Of a stretch of DNA of 64,000 bases, positions 1 through 10,340 are shown piece after piece. The notes under the pieces are model-generated. The model searched no databases and was not told the DNA's origin. It worked only from the letters and a program-made list of their open reading frames with translations. The translations under genes and the position numbers were made by a program. Numbering within the stretch: the first letter of the stretch is position 1; each line of letters opens with the position of its first letter. Source of the DNA: an uncultured delta proteobacterium (GTDB lineage: Bacteria; Desulfobacterota; Binatia; UBA9968); NCBI GenBank assembly GCA_963745035.1, contig CAVUVW010000020.1, forward strand, positions 1 through 64,000, in the 5' to 3' direction.

Positions 1-48
1 TGCGTCAGCTAGGCTGAGAGTCAGAATAGCAACAACAAGGAGTTTTGC

Positions 49-2710
49 ATGGCCACCGATCCGATCTGCGGCATGACCGTGGATCTCAACAGCGCCGCCG
101 GCAAGCACGACTATCACGGGCAGACGTATTATTTTTGCAGCCGGCACTGCGTCGACAAGTTCAACGAAAACCCGGCAAAGTACGTGGGAGCGGCCGGCGT
201 CGGGCGCGCTCCGGCGGCAAGGGAGCGTGGCGACATAGGGAAGAGCGTTACCGACCCGGTCTGCGGCATGACCGTAGATCCGGTGCGCGCCGCCGGAAAA
301 CAAAAACACGGAGAAGAGACATATTACTTTTGCAGTCGGCGATGCATGGTGAAATTCATCGCGGACCCTGAAACGTTCCTCAAAGAGCCGCGACGGCATG
401 AGGCTCACAAGCATGAGACCGTGGCGAGTGCGGTAGATCGCGCAGCAGAAACTGATCAAGCTCCTAAATCGGACGAAGGCGCGGGCGCATACGTCTGCCC
501 GATGGACCCGGAGGTGCGCGAGTCCAAGCCCGGCGCTTGCCCGAAATGCGGCATGGCTCTCGAGCCTGAAACGCTTGCCGCGCCCGCAACACGGATCGAA
601 TACGTTTGCCCCATGCATCCGGAAATCGTCCGCGACGAGCCCGGCTCATGTCCGATCTGCGGCATGGCTTTGGAACCGAGAACGATAACTCTCGAAGACG
701 CGCCGAATCCCGAATTGGTCGACATGACCCGGCGGTTCTGGATCAGCGCGGCCCTTTCGCTTCCCCTTTTCATGCTGGCGATGTCGGACATGCTGCCGGG
801 CCAACCTTTGCAGCATTGGGTCTCACCGCGATTGCTCACGTGGATTCAGTTTGCCCTCGCCACGCCGGTCGTGCTGTGGGGCGGCTGGCCATTCTTGGAG
901 CGCGGCTGGCAATCCATCGTGAATCGCAGCTTGAACATGTTCACGCTCATCGCCATCGGCGTGGGCGCCGCTTACGTGTACAGCGTCGCAGCGACGATCT
1001 TCCCCAGTATCTTTCCGGAATCATTCTACGGGCACAGCGGCACCGTCGCTGTTTATTTCGAAGCGGCGGCCGTCATCACCACCTTGGTTCTGCTCGGACA
1101 GGTGCTCGAACTGCGCGCACGCAGTCAAACCAGCAGCGCTATCAAAGCGCTTCTCGGCTTGTCGCCGAAGACCGCCCGATTGCTGCACGACGACGGCAGA
1201 GAAGAAGACGTCCCGTTGGATCGGGTTCAGGCCGGCGATCGTTTGCGCATTCGTCCCGGTGAAAAAGTTCCGGTGGACGGCGTCGTCCTCGAGGGCGCGA
1301 CTTCGATCGATGAATCGATGGTCACCGGCGAGCCGATTCCTGTCGAAAAATCAAAAGGCCGCAAGGTGACGGGCGGCACGGTCAACACCACCGGCAGCGT
1401 CGTCATGCAGGCCCAGCGCGTCGGCAGCGAAACGTTGCTGGCGCAGATCGTGCGCATGGTCAGCGAAGCGCAGCGCACGCGCGCGCCGATACAGCGGCTG
1501 GCGGATATCGTCTCTGCCTATTTCGTTCTCGCTGTTCTCGCGGTCGCCGCGGCGACCTTCGTGATCTGGTCGCTCTTCGGGCCCGAGCCGCGCATGGCCT
1601 ATGCCATCGTCAACGCCGTCGCCGTGCTGATTATCGCTTGTCCCTGCGCGCTCGGGCTGGCAACCCCGATGTCGATCATGGTCGGCGTCGGCCGCGGCGC
1701 GACTGAGGGAGTGCTCATCAAAAATGCCGAAGCTTTGGAAATTCTCGAGAAAGTGAACACATTGGTTGTCGACAAGACCGGGACCTTGACGGAAGGAAAG
1801 CCGCAGCTCTCGGAAATTGCCGCTGGTGCGGACACGGATCGCAAAGAGATCCTGCGCCTGGCGGCGAGTATCGAGCGCGCCAGCGAGCATCCGCTCGCCG
1901 CCGCTATCGTCGGAGCAGCCGAGAAAGAAGGAGTGCGGCTTGCGAATACCGAGGAGTTCCGCTCGCTCACCGGCAGAGGAGTCACCGGCAAAGTGGATGG
2001 CCGCTCTGTCGCATTGGGCAATATCAAACTGCTCCAGGAGCTGTCGATTGACGCCGGACCTCTCCGCGCGCGCGCCGAGGAACTGCGCCGCGAAGGACAT
2101 ACCGTGATGTTTGTCGCCATCGACAACCGAGCGGCTGGACTGGTGGCGGTTTCCGATCCAATCAAGCAGTCGACCCATGAAGCAATCGAAATCTTGCATC
2201 GCGAGGGTATCCAAATCGTCATGCTGACAGGAGACAGCCGGACTACGGCTGAAGCCGTCGCCCGGCGGTTGGGCATCGATCAAGTGGAAGCCGAAGTGCT
2301 GCCCGAACAAAAAGCGGCGGTGATCAAGCGCCTGCAGGCAGAAGGACGGATCGTGGGGATGGCCGGAGACGGAGTCAACGACGCTCCGGCGCTCGCGCAA
2401 GCGCAAGTCGGCATCGCCATGGGCACCGGCACCGACGTGGCGATCGAAAGCGCGCACATTACACTCGTCAAAGGTGATCTGCGCGGCATCGCGAAAGCGC
2501 GCCGGCTGAGCCGCGCCACCATGCGCAACATCCGGCAGAATCTTTTTTTTGCATTCGTTTACAACGTGATGGGAGTGCCCATCGCAGCCGGTGCTTCTAT
2601 ATCCGTTCTTCGGTATTCTCTTGAGCCCGATCATCGCCAGCGCGGCCATGACGTTCAGCTCCGTCTCCGTGATTGCGAATGCGCTGCGCTTGCGGCGAAT
2701 CAGGCTTTGA
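49..2710 (+). CDS. copA: Cu(I)-translocating P1B-type ATPase with two N-terminal YHS domains and CPMH-type metal-binding domains; frameshift near 2593
   Basis: DPxCGM/YYFCSxxC YHS repeats, [35 protein letters not shown]. The shifted frame continues [31 protein letters not shown] to TGA at 2708-2710. Confidence 0.95.
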
Positions 2711-2930
2711 CCCCAGGCTTTCGATCACGGAATTTCCTGGACTTGCAGCTTCACCGCGTCTTTCTCACATAGTTCTCCGCATCTAGGTTCCGTTTTCTTC
2801 AGCTCGTGCGCCGAACGACAAGTTTGGCGTGAAAGGCATTGCCTTGCATTTTTTTGTACTTGGCGTGCTTTGCGTATTGGCGCTTATCTGGATCTCAGCA
2901 ATATTTGCATGTGAATAAGGAGCAACGACA

Positions 2931-3260
2931 ATGAAAACAATCATCATCATGGTAATTGGGCTTGTAGCGCTTGGCGGAACATGGGGAATCGCCCAGGAAC
3001 TGAAGAAGGACGGTCGTTCCGGAATGTCGGGGATGATGAAAGACATGATGCAGGAGTCTAAGCCGGATGACGGGTCCAGCCGCATGATGCACCACATGGG
3101 CGGGATGATGGGCATGATAAAGATGATGGAACAGTGCAACGAGATGATGAAGTCCGGGCACCATCACAACGAGAAAACCAAGGAACAGCAACCAGAAGTA
3201 ACGCCGGTCGGAGCAGGGGCTGAAGTTCCCCTGCTCCTTCGCAAGGGAGTACGAAGATGA
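2931..3260 (+). CDS. Small secreted Met/His-rich protein (probable copper-binding)
   Basis: AAGGAG RBS, signal peptide, MSGMMKDMM/MMHHMGGMMGM; directly after copA. The C-terminus may be frameshifted. Confidence 0.7.
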   Translation: MKTIIIMVIGLVALGGTWGIAQELKKDGRSGMSGMMKDMMQESKPDDGSSRMMHHMGGMMGMIKMMEQCNEMMKSGHHHNEKTKEQQPEVTPVGAGAEVPLLLRKGVRR

Positions 3261-3492
3261 TGATGGACGGCGGAAGCATGATGGGAATGATGATTTTCAT
3301 GTTTCTTTTTGGATTGCTGCTGATTTTCGCAGTTGTATTGATCGTTGTTGCCGTCGCGAAATGGCTATGGGGCTCGATGCCGTCCGCAATGCACACTCGA
3401 GAGAATCCTTGGAGGTTCTCAAAACACGGTACGCGAAAGGCGAGATCGGCCGAGAGGAATTCGAGACCATCAGACGAGATATCGAGAAATGA
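3257..3492 (+). CDS. SHOCT-domain membrane protein (frameshift near 3408)
   Basis: Met-rich N-terminus and one TM helix; shifted frame gives LEVLKTRYAKGEIGREEFETIRRDIEK*, a typical SHOCT motif. Confidence 0.85.
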
Positions 3493-3518
3493 CCTCGTTG
3501 TTTCAAGAAAGGATTTGT

Positions 3519-3812
3519 ATGTCGAATGAGGTTAGTTCAATAAAAGAAAAAGAGAGTTCGCAAAGTCCGTCAACCGTCATGGCGTCCGCTGAAAGCGGTT
3601 CGGGCTGCCATATGCACGCACGCGGCTGGCTCAAGGGCGGCCTCGCTATGGCGATCTGCTGCGCCGCCCCGCTTCTCCTTTTCTCCGCGATCGCCTTTTT
3701 TGGCTTGTCCTTAGGAGCGCTTGCGAGTGGCGCGCTGAGCCTTGCGGCGCTGCTGGCTTGTCCCGTCGGCATGTTTTTAATGATGCGCATGATAATCAAA
3801 GACAAACAGTAA
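3519..3812 (+). CDS. Small membrane protein with CC and ACP motifs (DUF2933/MerT-like, metal related)
   Basis: GCHMH, AICCAAP, LLACPVGMFLMM, two hydrophobic segments. Confidence 0.65.
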   Translation: MSNEVSSIKEKESSQSPSTVMASAESGSGCHMHARGWLKGGLAMAICCAAPLLLFSAIAFFGLSLGALASGALSLAALLACPVGMFLMMRMIIKDKQ

Positions 3813-3835
3813 AGCCGCTATCTTCAGGAGTTTAG

Positions 3836-4465
3836 ATGGCAATGGAATTTGCGTCACGGGAGATATCGGCAAAATACGATCGATTCGCTCCGTGGTACGA
3901 TTGGCTGGAAGGGATTCTGAATCTGCTCGGGCTGAGCAGGTTACGGCGGATACTTGTCCGCCAAGCCTCCGGCAAAGTCCTCGAAGTCGCCGTCGGGACA
4001 AGGAAGAACCTGAGTTATTATCCGCGGGATTGCCGGATCATTGCCCTGGACCTCAGCAGGCAAATGTTGAAAGTCGCTCGGGACCGAGCATCAAATCTAT
4101 CCATGTCTGTTTCGTTTTTGGTGGCGGACGCGGAGGCCCTGCCGTTTCGCGACAACACTTTCGACACAGTAGTCTCGTCGCTCTCGACGTGTACATTTCC
4201 GAATCCGGTCGCAGCGCTTCAGGAAACGGGGCGAGTTTGTGGCGCCACCGGAAAAGTCTTGCTGTTGGAGCATGGCCGAAGCGATCGCGAATGGCTTGCC
4301 GGCTGGCAGGACCGACATGCAGATCAATTTGCAAAGCCGCTCGGTTGTCATTGGAATCGTGAACCGTTGGAGCTTACTAAGGATGCCGGGTTGAAAGTCG
4401 TTCGAGCGCAACGAAATTTCTTTGGAATTTTTCACCGGATAGAAGCCAGACCCAGCGTGCCGTAA
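3836..4465 (+). CDS. Class I SAM-dependent methyltransferase
   Basis: VLEVAVGT, LDLS, DAEALPF..FDTVV, LEHG motifs. Confidence 0.9.
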   Translation: MAMEFASREISAKYDRFAPWYDWLEGILNLLGLSRLRRILVRQASGKVLEVAVGTRKNLSYYPRDCRIIALDLSRQMLKVARDRASNLSMSVSFLVADAEALPFRDNTFDTVVSSLSTCTFPNPVAALQETGRVCGATGKVLLLEHGRSDREWLAGWQDRHADQFAKPLGCHWNREPLELTKDAGLKVVRAQRNFFGIFHRIEARPSVP

Positions 4466-4525
4466 CGTTATGGGCTAGTCTCCAATCTGATGAGGCGGAT
4501 GATCGAACAAGAAAGGCGGAAGCTG

Positions 4526-4757
4526 ATGGCCGGAATAAGTTACGGTTTATAGCCAGCCGGGCTGACTATTCTGCGACAGGGCGAAGGAGTTTCTTTCGCA
4601 ACGGGGCGTTGTTTTTGAAGAGAAGGACATAACCAAAGATCCTTCCGCAGTCGAAGAGCTTGAGAGGCTAAGCGCGATGACGACACCGTGATTGTCATCG
4701 ACGGCGGGGTCAGTCATTGGCTTCAATCAAAAGCGGCTTGAAGAACTACTTGCCTGA
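4526..4757 (+). CDS. Glutaredoxin-like (NrdH/YruB-type) putative selenoprotein with a UxxC active site; absent from the ORF track
   Basis: Reads VTVYSQPG-TGA(4563-4565)-LFCDRAKEFLSQRGVVFEEKDITKDPSAVEELERLSAMTTP, then after indels VIVIDG..VIGFNQKRLEELLA*. One extra base lies between ATG 4526 and the main frame. Confidence 0.85.
4581..4599 (+). promoter_or_regulatory. Putative bacterial SECIS hairpin of the glutaredoxin-like gene
   Basis: GCGAAGGA-GTT-TCTTTCGC: 8-bp stem (one G-U pair) with a GU-starting loop; the stem begins 16 nt after the UGA. Confidence 0.7.
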
Positions 4758-4856
4758 ATCGAAAGCGCGCTCGCGCCATACTATTAGTGAGTCTTCAGGC
4801 GGGGCATACGGAAACCGATTCAACTATTAAATGTTTACCATAATGGAGCATAAGGA

Positions 4857-5310
4857 ATGAATAGACGGGATTTTTGCACCAGAGGATTCTTGGTACTCGG
4901 TACTATCGCGATTACCGGCTGCGGAGGATTTGAGGCGGCGGAGCATCGCTACAAGTTAGCTCCGGAAAATGTTCTGCCAACCGACATAGCGAAGGCCCCA
5001 GCCGAGGTCCGCGAGGCTTATCGCTTCGCTATCTTTAACCGCGATACCCTCCGCTACATCCCATGTTATTGCGGCTGCGGCTCCGACGGGCATACAAGTA
5101 ATGCTTCGTGTTATTTTAAAGACAGTTCGACACCCGCAAATCCGGTCTTCGATCGAATGAGCCTTGCTTGAGACATCTGCATAGGCATCACGCGTGACGT
5201 GATGAAAATGATGGATGAAGGCAAGAGTCTAAAAGAAATGCGGGCGCAGATCGAGAAGACTTACAGCAAGTACGGGCCGCCGACGCCAACCCTGCCCGAC
5301 ACCTTCTTGA
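4857..5310 (+). CDS. PCYCGC-motif Tat lipoprotein, putative selenoprotein (UxxC)
   Basis: MNRRDF Tat motif, ITGC lipobox, IPCYCGC. In-frame TGA at 5169-5171 is followed by DICIGITRDVMKMMDEGKSLKEMRAQIEKTYSKYGPPTPT. The true stop is probably near 5310; as sequenced the frame runs to 5453. Confidence 0.85.
5186..5204 (+). promoter_or_regulatory. Putative bacterial SECIS hairpin of the PCYCGC gene
   Basis: CATCACG-CGTGA-CGTGATG: perfect 7-bp stem with GU at loop positions 2-3; the stem begins 15 nt after the UGA. Confidence 0.7.
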
Positions 5311-5347
5311 TAAAAGCGCTTCTACCTCGTGATTCGGCTTGGTACGC

Positions 5348-5722
5348 TCAGAAAGGCTGGAACAACTCAATTGGGTTACCGGATGGGTCCTCGATCAAGA
5401 CTTGCTTGCCGCCGTTTCCCGTTACAATTGCATTGCGGAAGCGCGCTCCTTGACCTTTGAGCTTGTCGACCGTGGCCTCCAAATTCTCGACCTCAATCTG
5501 AATTCGGTTCCAGCCGCCCGGAGTAGGGACTTGGTTATCCGGCATCGCTTGTCCAGCGCCGCCGGCACCTGGTCGATTGAGCAACAACTGTACGTCGCCG
5601 CGCGACAAACTAGCGAAACCGGGCGCCGGGTGCATGTCGACTTTGAAGCCGAGCATATCGGTGTAGAAGGGAATGACTGCGTCCACGTCGTTAACGATGT
5701 ATCGAACGCTGACCTTGCTCAT
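5348..5722 (-). CDS. VOC/glyoxalase family protein
   Basis: VRYIVNDVDA..FY, GGWNRIQIEV, EDPSGNPIELFQP. Confidence 0.9.
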   Translation of the reverse strand: MSKVSVRYIVNDVDAVIPFYTDMLGFKVDMHPAPGFASLSRGDVQLLLNRPGAGGAGQAMPDNQVPTPGGWNRIQIEVENLEATVDKLKGQGARFRNAIVTGNGGKQVLIEDPSGNPIELFQPF

Positions 5723-6059
5723 GATTTTCACCTCCACAGGACGAATTTCGCTATCCCGCTATAGCTGCATACGTTGATACTTAATCACAGTTTCTGTTAT
5801 GTCGAAATACGATATCGAAAAACAGAATGCTTAAGCGAACCGACAGCAAAAATTTCATCAAGCAACTCCTTTCGGCCGTAAAGTGCTCTTGGCCGCCCGT
5901 CAAAACTCAGCGAGCCTTCCGGCGAATTGTTCGAGGAGTAATGAAAACCGCGCGTTTAGGCTGCTGCTCCACTAGCTCCATGATCAGCTGGACACTTTTA
6001 ATGATTCTTCTGAAGTCATTGGCAGGTCGCGAAACTGCCCGCACTGGTTGCTGAGCGCT

Positions 6060-7301
6060 ATGAATGAACACATCGAGACAACCGCGGATACAGCCGTCGC
6101 TACACACAGACGCGTTTCACTTTTTGAGATCCTTTGGGTCTCCACGCGGTTGGGCCTGACCTCTTTTGGCGGTCCGATCGCTCACCTCGGTTATTTTCAC
6201 GAGGAATACGTCAAGCGCAGAAAGTGGATCGACGAGCAAAGCTATGCCGATCTTGTCGCCCTGTGCCAGTCTTTACCCGGCCCGACTAGCAGCATGGTGG
6301 GAAGCGCAATAGGTTTTACCCGCGCCGGCGTGGCCGGCGGAATCGTACACTGGCTCGGCTTTACGCTACCGTCGGCGCTCGCATTGATCGCGTTCGCCTA
6401 CGGAGTCGAAGTCGTCGGTGCGGCAAGTGGTGCCGGGTGGTTGCATGGATTGAAACTGGTTGCCGTGCCGGTCGTTGCGCTGGCTCTCTGGGGAATGGCA
6501 CGCACCCTTTGTCCCGATCGAGAGCGCGCGACGATGGCCATTTGGACGGGCCTGGTCGCTTTGGTCTGGCCTACCGCGGGTGGGCAACTCCTCCCTATCA
6601 TTGCCGCAGGCCTTATCGGCTGGTACCTTTTTCCACCGGCAAACACTCCTCCGGCACTGCATATCCGGGTGCCGATCAGTCACTGGGTTGGCATTGTTTG
6701 TTGGGTGCTCTTCTTTGGATTTCTGGTCGGGCTCCCCTTGATCCGTCAACTGGTTTCCAGTCAATCGATAGCTGTTTTCGATAGTTTCTATCGCGCGGGT
6801 GCTTTGGTTTTCGGCGGCGGGCATGTCGTTCTGCCGCTTTTGCAGGCCGGAGTGGTGGCTCCCGGATGGGTCACCAACGAACAATTCGTCGCTGGCTACG
6901 GTGCCGCGCAAGCCGTTCCCGGCCCGCTTTTTACCTTTGCCGCTTATCTCGGATTCGTCATGCGGCCAGAGCCCAATGGCTTGGCCGGCGCAGGTCTCGC
7001 GCTCGTGGGGATTTTTCTCCCAGGCCTTCTGATGACAGCCGGCGCGCTGCCTTTTTGGGATTCGCTGCGCTCGCGCGCCGGTTTTCAATCCGCAGTCCGC
7101 GGCATCAACGCCGCCGTCGTAGGTCTTTTGCTTGCGGCCTTTTACAATCCGGTGTGGATCAGCGCGATTTTCACGCCGCTAGATTTCGGGCTCGCCATTG
7201 TCGCTTTCGGATTGCTCGCTTTTTGGAAGCTGCCGCCCTGGCTGGTGGTTGTTTTGACCGCTGCAGGGGCAGAACTGGTCGCTTGGACGTCTTCACTTTG
7301 A
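6060..7301 (+). CDS. chrA: Chromate efflux transporter (long-chain CHR)
   Basis: GLTSFGGPIAHLGY, LPGP, GALVFGGGHVVLPLL, AQAVPGP. Confidence 0.95.
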   Translation: MNEHIETTADTAVATHRRVSLFEILWVSTRLGLTSFGGPIAHLGYFHEEYVKRRKWIDEQSYADLVALCQSLPGPTSSMVGSAIGFTRAGVAGGIVHWLGFTLPSALALIAFAYGVEVVGAASGAGWLHGLKLVAVPVVALALWGMARTLCPDRERATMAIWTGLVALVWPTAGGQLLPIIAAGLIGWYLFPPANTPPALHIRVPISHWVGIVCWVLFFGFLVGLPLIRQLVSSQSIAVFDSFYRAGALVFGGGHVVLPLLQAGVVAPGWVTNEQFVAGYGAAQAVPGPLFTFAAYLGFVMRPEPNGLAGAGLALVGIFLPGLLMTAGALPFWDSLRSRAGFQSAVRGINAAVVGLLLAAFYNPVWISAIFTPLDFGLAIVAFGLLAFWKLPPWLVVVLTAAGAELVAWTSSL

Positions 7302-7547
7302 TTTGGCGATGATTAAACAAACCGAAACGCCACTGCGCGCGACCTAAGAAACCGCGCCCAACGAAAACGATCGTTCTGTTAGTAGCGCGTTCCCCTTCGC
7401 GTAAGGATTCGGCAGTGAAGCGTCGGCGCAGGCATCTAAGCAGAAGAGGACGCGATACCGGCCCGCATGTTAAAGATTTTGCTCTGAAACTCCGCGCAAT
7501 CTTGCATGCGAATTGATTGGGGTGAAAGTCAAATATACGCAAACTCT

Positions 7548-7780
7548 CTACCGGGCGATCTTCCTCATTGATTCGATGATCGCGACGGTCCCTACGCTCA
7601 CAGTCGTGACGCGCATCAGTAGGTCGATTACCTTTTCTTTGTAGTCGGCGAACCGGTAGGTGTTGAACTTTTCGCGGATAGTCGGGTCTTTCGGCTTCTT
7701 TTCTTGTATTGATCGAGAATCCATTCCAGCGCGGAGCGGTTGCCGAGTTTGTAGTCCCAGGCTTCGGTCGGGATGCCGCT
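7548..7780 (-). pseudogene. C-terminal remnant of a type ISP restriction-modification enzyme
   Basis: GIPTEAWDYKLGNRSALEWILDQY..KKPKDPTIREKFNTYRFADYKEKVIDLL; no upstream gene body. Confidence 0.7.
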
Positions 7781-7877
7781 TAAGATCATGAAGCGACGGT
7801 CGAGTAATTCGTCGCAATATAGCGCAAAGGCAGAAATTTAGCGAGGTGAAACGACGAGGCAGGGCTCTCGTGTGCTG

Positions 7878-8249
7878 CTAGTCCAACCCGAAAAAGAAAT
7901 AGCCGACCATCGCAATCCCAAACGTTGCGACAAGAAAATTTGTATAGGCTCCCATGTTGACCCAGTAGCCTTCCGGAATTTCTATCGGCCTTAGAGTCTT
8001 CAGAACTCCGCGGTATTGGATGACGGAAAGCGCAGCCACGACAGCACCAAACAGGATGAAGGAAACGCCAACCCAAAATGAGCCGTTTCTTCGCGCATCA
8101 TCGCCTTGACTTAAGAGGAACATGTGGAGAAAAAGCCCGAAACGCTCTATGGCGAATCCGAACGCCATCAAGGCAATCGCCGTGCGCGTCCAAGCCATTA
8201 AAGTGCGCTCGGCTGCGAAGAACACTCTCGGATCATTCAAATCTGACAT
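7878..8249 (-). CDS. YidH/DUF202 inner membrane protein (copy 1)
   Basis: DPRVFFAAERTLMAWTRT, three TM helices. Confidence 0.9.
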   Translation of the reverse strand: MSDLNDPRVFFAAERTLMAWTRTAIALMAFGFAIERFGLFLHMFLLSQGDDARRNGSFWVGVSFILFGAVVAALSVIQYRGVLKTLRPIEIPEGYWVNMGAYTNFLVATFGIAMVGYFFFGLD

Positions 8250-8406
8250 CGATTCACGACGGGTTCCGGAAAGCTTGCGTAGGTCCTGAAGCTGGTTGTA
8301 GCGCAAAACGGCAAATTTGGCGAGGCAGATTCCTGATTTGCAATAGTCGAATTCTATTTCTAAACCCATCTTCAACACCTCTATTTCATGATCTAACGGG
8401 CAACCA

Positions 8407-8715
8407 ATGGAATTCCGGAAACATCCGTTGATGAGCTACCGTCGCGTACGGAACTGGCCGCAGCTTTGGGTCCCTGTAGATCGGGCCGTGGTCAGGGTCA
8501 TATCGGGAGAAGTCGGCGTCTTGAGACATGTCGGGCACGATGCCCCCTATCCCAATCGGTGTCATTTGATCATGGAGCATGAACGGGAAGTCTTCAGGAG
8601 TACACTCTCGTTCGATGATATTGCCTTCTGCTGGCTGATCACGAACGTTCTGAAAAACCACATTAGCCGCCCGATTGCAGAGATCGGCAGCTTGGATTTG
8701 TCCTACACGCTCTAG
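8407..8715 (+). CDS. Hypothetical ~100-aa protein, LRxHP/WP/GEVG/EIGxLD family (copy 1)
   Basis: Shares motifs with ORFs at 22939, 50823 and 51147. Confidence 0.75.
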   Translation: MEFRKHPLMSYRRVRNWPQLWVPVDRAVVRVISGEVGVLRHVGHDAPYPNRCHLIMEHEREVFRSTLSFDDIAFCWLITNVLKNHISRPIAEIGSLDLSYTL

Positions 8716-8863
8716 CCTACATTCCCGAGAGCATGTCCTAGCCTTTCCCTCAGCCAGATGGAAGGCTCTTTTTATTTTTCTTGGCTCACCGAGTTGGCAG
8801 CAAGACTAACCAAAACCCATCGAAACCGCTTGATTGGGACTTTTATAGAAATACAATCAGGGC

Positions 8864-9053
8864 ATGATTTTAGTCTATCGCAAGCAGAACGATTCATTGG
8901 ATTCAGAGTGGCATTTCCACAGCGAGTGTGCGCGCTGGGCCGGAGACCAATTTCGTTCAAGTACGGTTTTTAGATTCGGGAGCGAATGAAAACGAACGCC
9001 TCTGCCGAGACTGCGTCAAACTCGAATCCGCGATGTTCCCGCCAAAAGAATAA
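8864..9053 (+). CDS. Small putative Zn-binding protein, WHFxxxCxxWP..CxxC family (one extra base near 8938)
   Basis: MILVYRKQNDSLDSEWHFHSECARW/PETNFVQVRFLDSGANENERLCRDCVKLESAMFPPKE*; paralog of 46956..47147. Confidence 0.7.
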
Positions 9054-9125
9054 CCCAACAATGCACCAAGGCCGCCTACCATCGAGGTTCTTCCCAGAGC
9101 GTGACAGATCCTGTATATCGGAGCC

Positions 9126-10340
9126 GTGCCGGGGACCGTAACAGCGCAGGATGATCGTCTAAAAGTAGCGCCGCTTGACCCGACGGTGCGGGCCTTGGGA
9201 GTGGTTTCGCTGCTCAACGATTTCTCCAGTGAAGTGGCTGTCCGCACATTGCCGCTTTTTCTGGCCAACGTTTTGGGTGTCAGGATCGGAATCATCGGGC
9301 TCATCGAGGGGATCGCTGAAAGCACCGCGACCCTTCTAAAGCTTGTCTCGGGACATCTTGCCGACCGCACCGGCCGTAAGAAATCGTTAGCCCTATGGGG
9401 TTATGGTTTTTCCAACCTGACCAAGCCGCTCCTCTTTTTCGCTACATCCTGGGGCCTCGTGCTTGCGGTTCGTTTTCTTGACCGAGTCGGCAAAGGCATC
9501 CGCTCTGCGCCCCGCGATGCTTTGATCGCCGATATCACGCCGCCGGAGTTGCGCGGTCGCGCGTTCGGCTTCAATAAAGCAATGGACAAGACGGGCGGGT
9601 TTCTCGGTCTTGTTGTCGCCGCCGCCGTGCTCCATTTGACGCAGCAAAACACACTTACCCTCACCCGGGAAAGCTATGAATGGCTCGTGCTCCTTGCGGT
9701 GTTGCCTGGTCTGGCGGCTATCGGCGTGATGGCGTGGTACGTGGAGGAGCGACCCAAAGCAGCCGTGAAAAACTCTCCGGCTTTGATCTGGTCTGAAATG
9801 GACCGCCGGTTCTGGGGTTTTATTGCGGTCCTGACGCTGTTCATGCTCGGCAACTCGAGCGACGCTTTTCTGATGCTCCGAGCCCAGACCGTGGGGTTTT
9901 CCACCATTGAAATATTTTTGGTCGTCGCTGCATTCAGCTTAGTCGTTGCTCTGACCTCGACAAAGGGCGGAACGCTTTCGGATACTTTTGGCAGGCGCGG
10001 ATTGATCATTACCGGCTGGCTGATCTATGCAGTGATTTATCTCGGGTTTGCCTTCGCATCGGAACGTTGGCACGTCTGGATTCTTTATGCGGGGTACGGC
10101 CTTTATTATGGAGCTTTTCTCGGCGCCTCCAGCGCAATAGTGGCCGACTTAGTACCCGAGCGCCTGCGCGGCACCGCCTATGGGATCTTCAATGCGGCAC
10201 TGGGTGTGGCCGCCTTGCCGGCAAGCGTGATCGCCGGCCTCTTATGGGACTGGTACGGTCCTCCGGCACCGTTTCTTTTCGGCGCCGCGCTTGCGATTCT
10301 GGCAACGATTGGTTTGTTGATGGTTCCGCTCCGCCGATAA
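9126..10340 (+). CDS. MFS transporter
   Basis: SGHLADRTGRKK, RFLDRVGKGIRSAPRDALIAD, about 12 TM helices. Confidence 0.92.
   Translation: MPGTVTAQDDRLKVAPLDPTVRALGVVSLLNDFSSEVAVRTLPLFLANVLGVRIGIIGLIEGIAESTATLLKLVSGHLADRTGRKKSLALWGYGFSNLTKPLLFFATSWGLVLAVRFLDRVGKGIRSAPRDALIADITPPELRGRAFGFNKAMDKTGGFLGLVVAAAVLHLTQQNTLTLTRESYEWLVLLAVLPGLAAIGVMAWYVEERPKAAVKNSPALIWSEMDRRFWGFIAVLTLFMLGNSSDAFLMLRAQTVGFSTIEIFLVVAAFSLVVALTSTKGGTLSDTFGRRGLIITGWLIYAVIYLGFAFASERWHVWILYAGYGLYYGAFLGASSAIVADLVPERLRGTAYGIFNAALGVAALPASVIAGLLWDWYGPPAPFLFGAALAILATIGLLMVPLRR

Noticed and set aside
1351-2649. Long antisense and alternative-frame ORFs (also 31023..32192, 36179..37240, 58200..59285)
   Set aside because: Shadow ORFs of high-GC genes with no motifs.
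4563-5171. The two in-frame TGAs as sequencing errors or a UGA=Trp/Gly code
   Set aside because: Both fall on the first Cys of CxxC with similarly placed hairpins, and other genes here use TGA as a normal stop.
7548-7780. An active restriction-modification defence system
   Set aside because: Only about 75 C-terminal codons remain.
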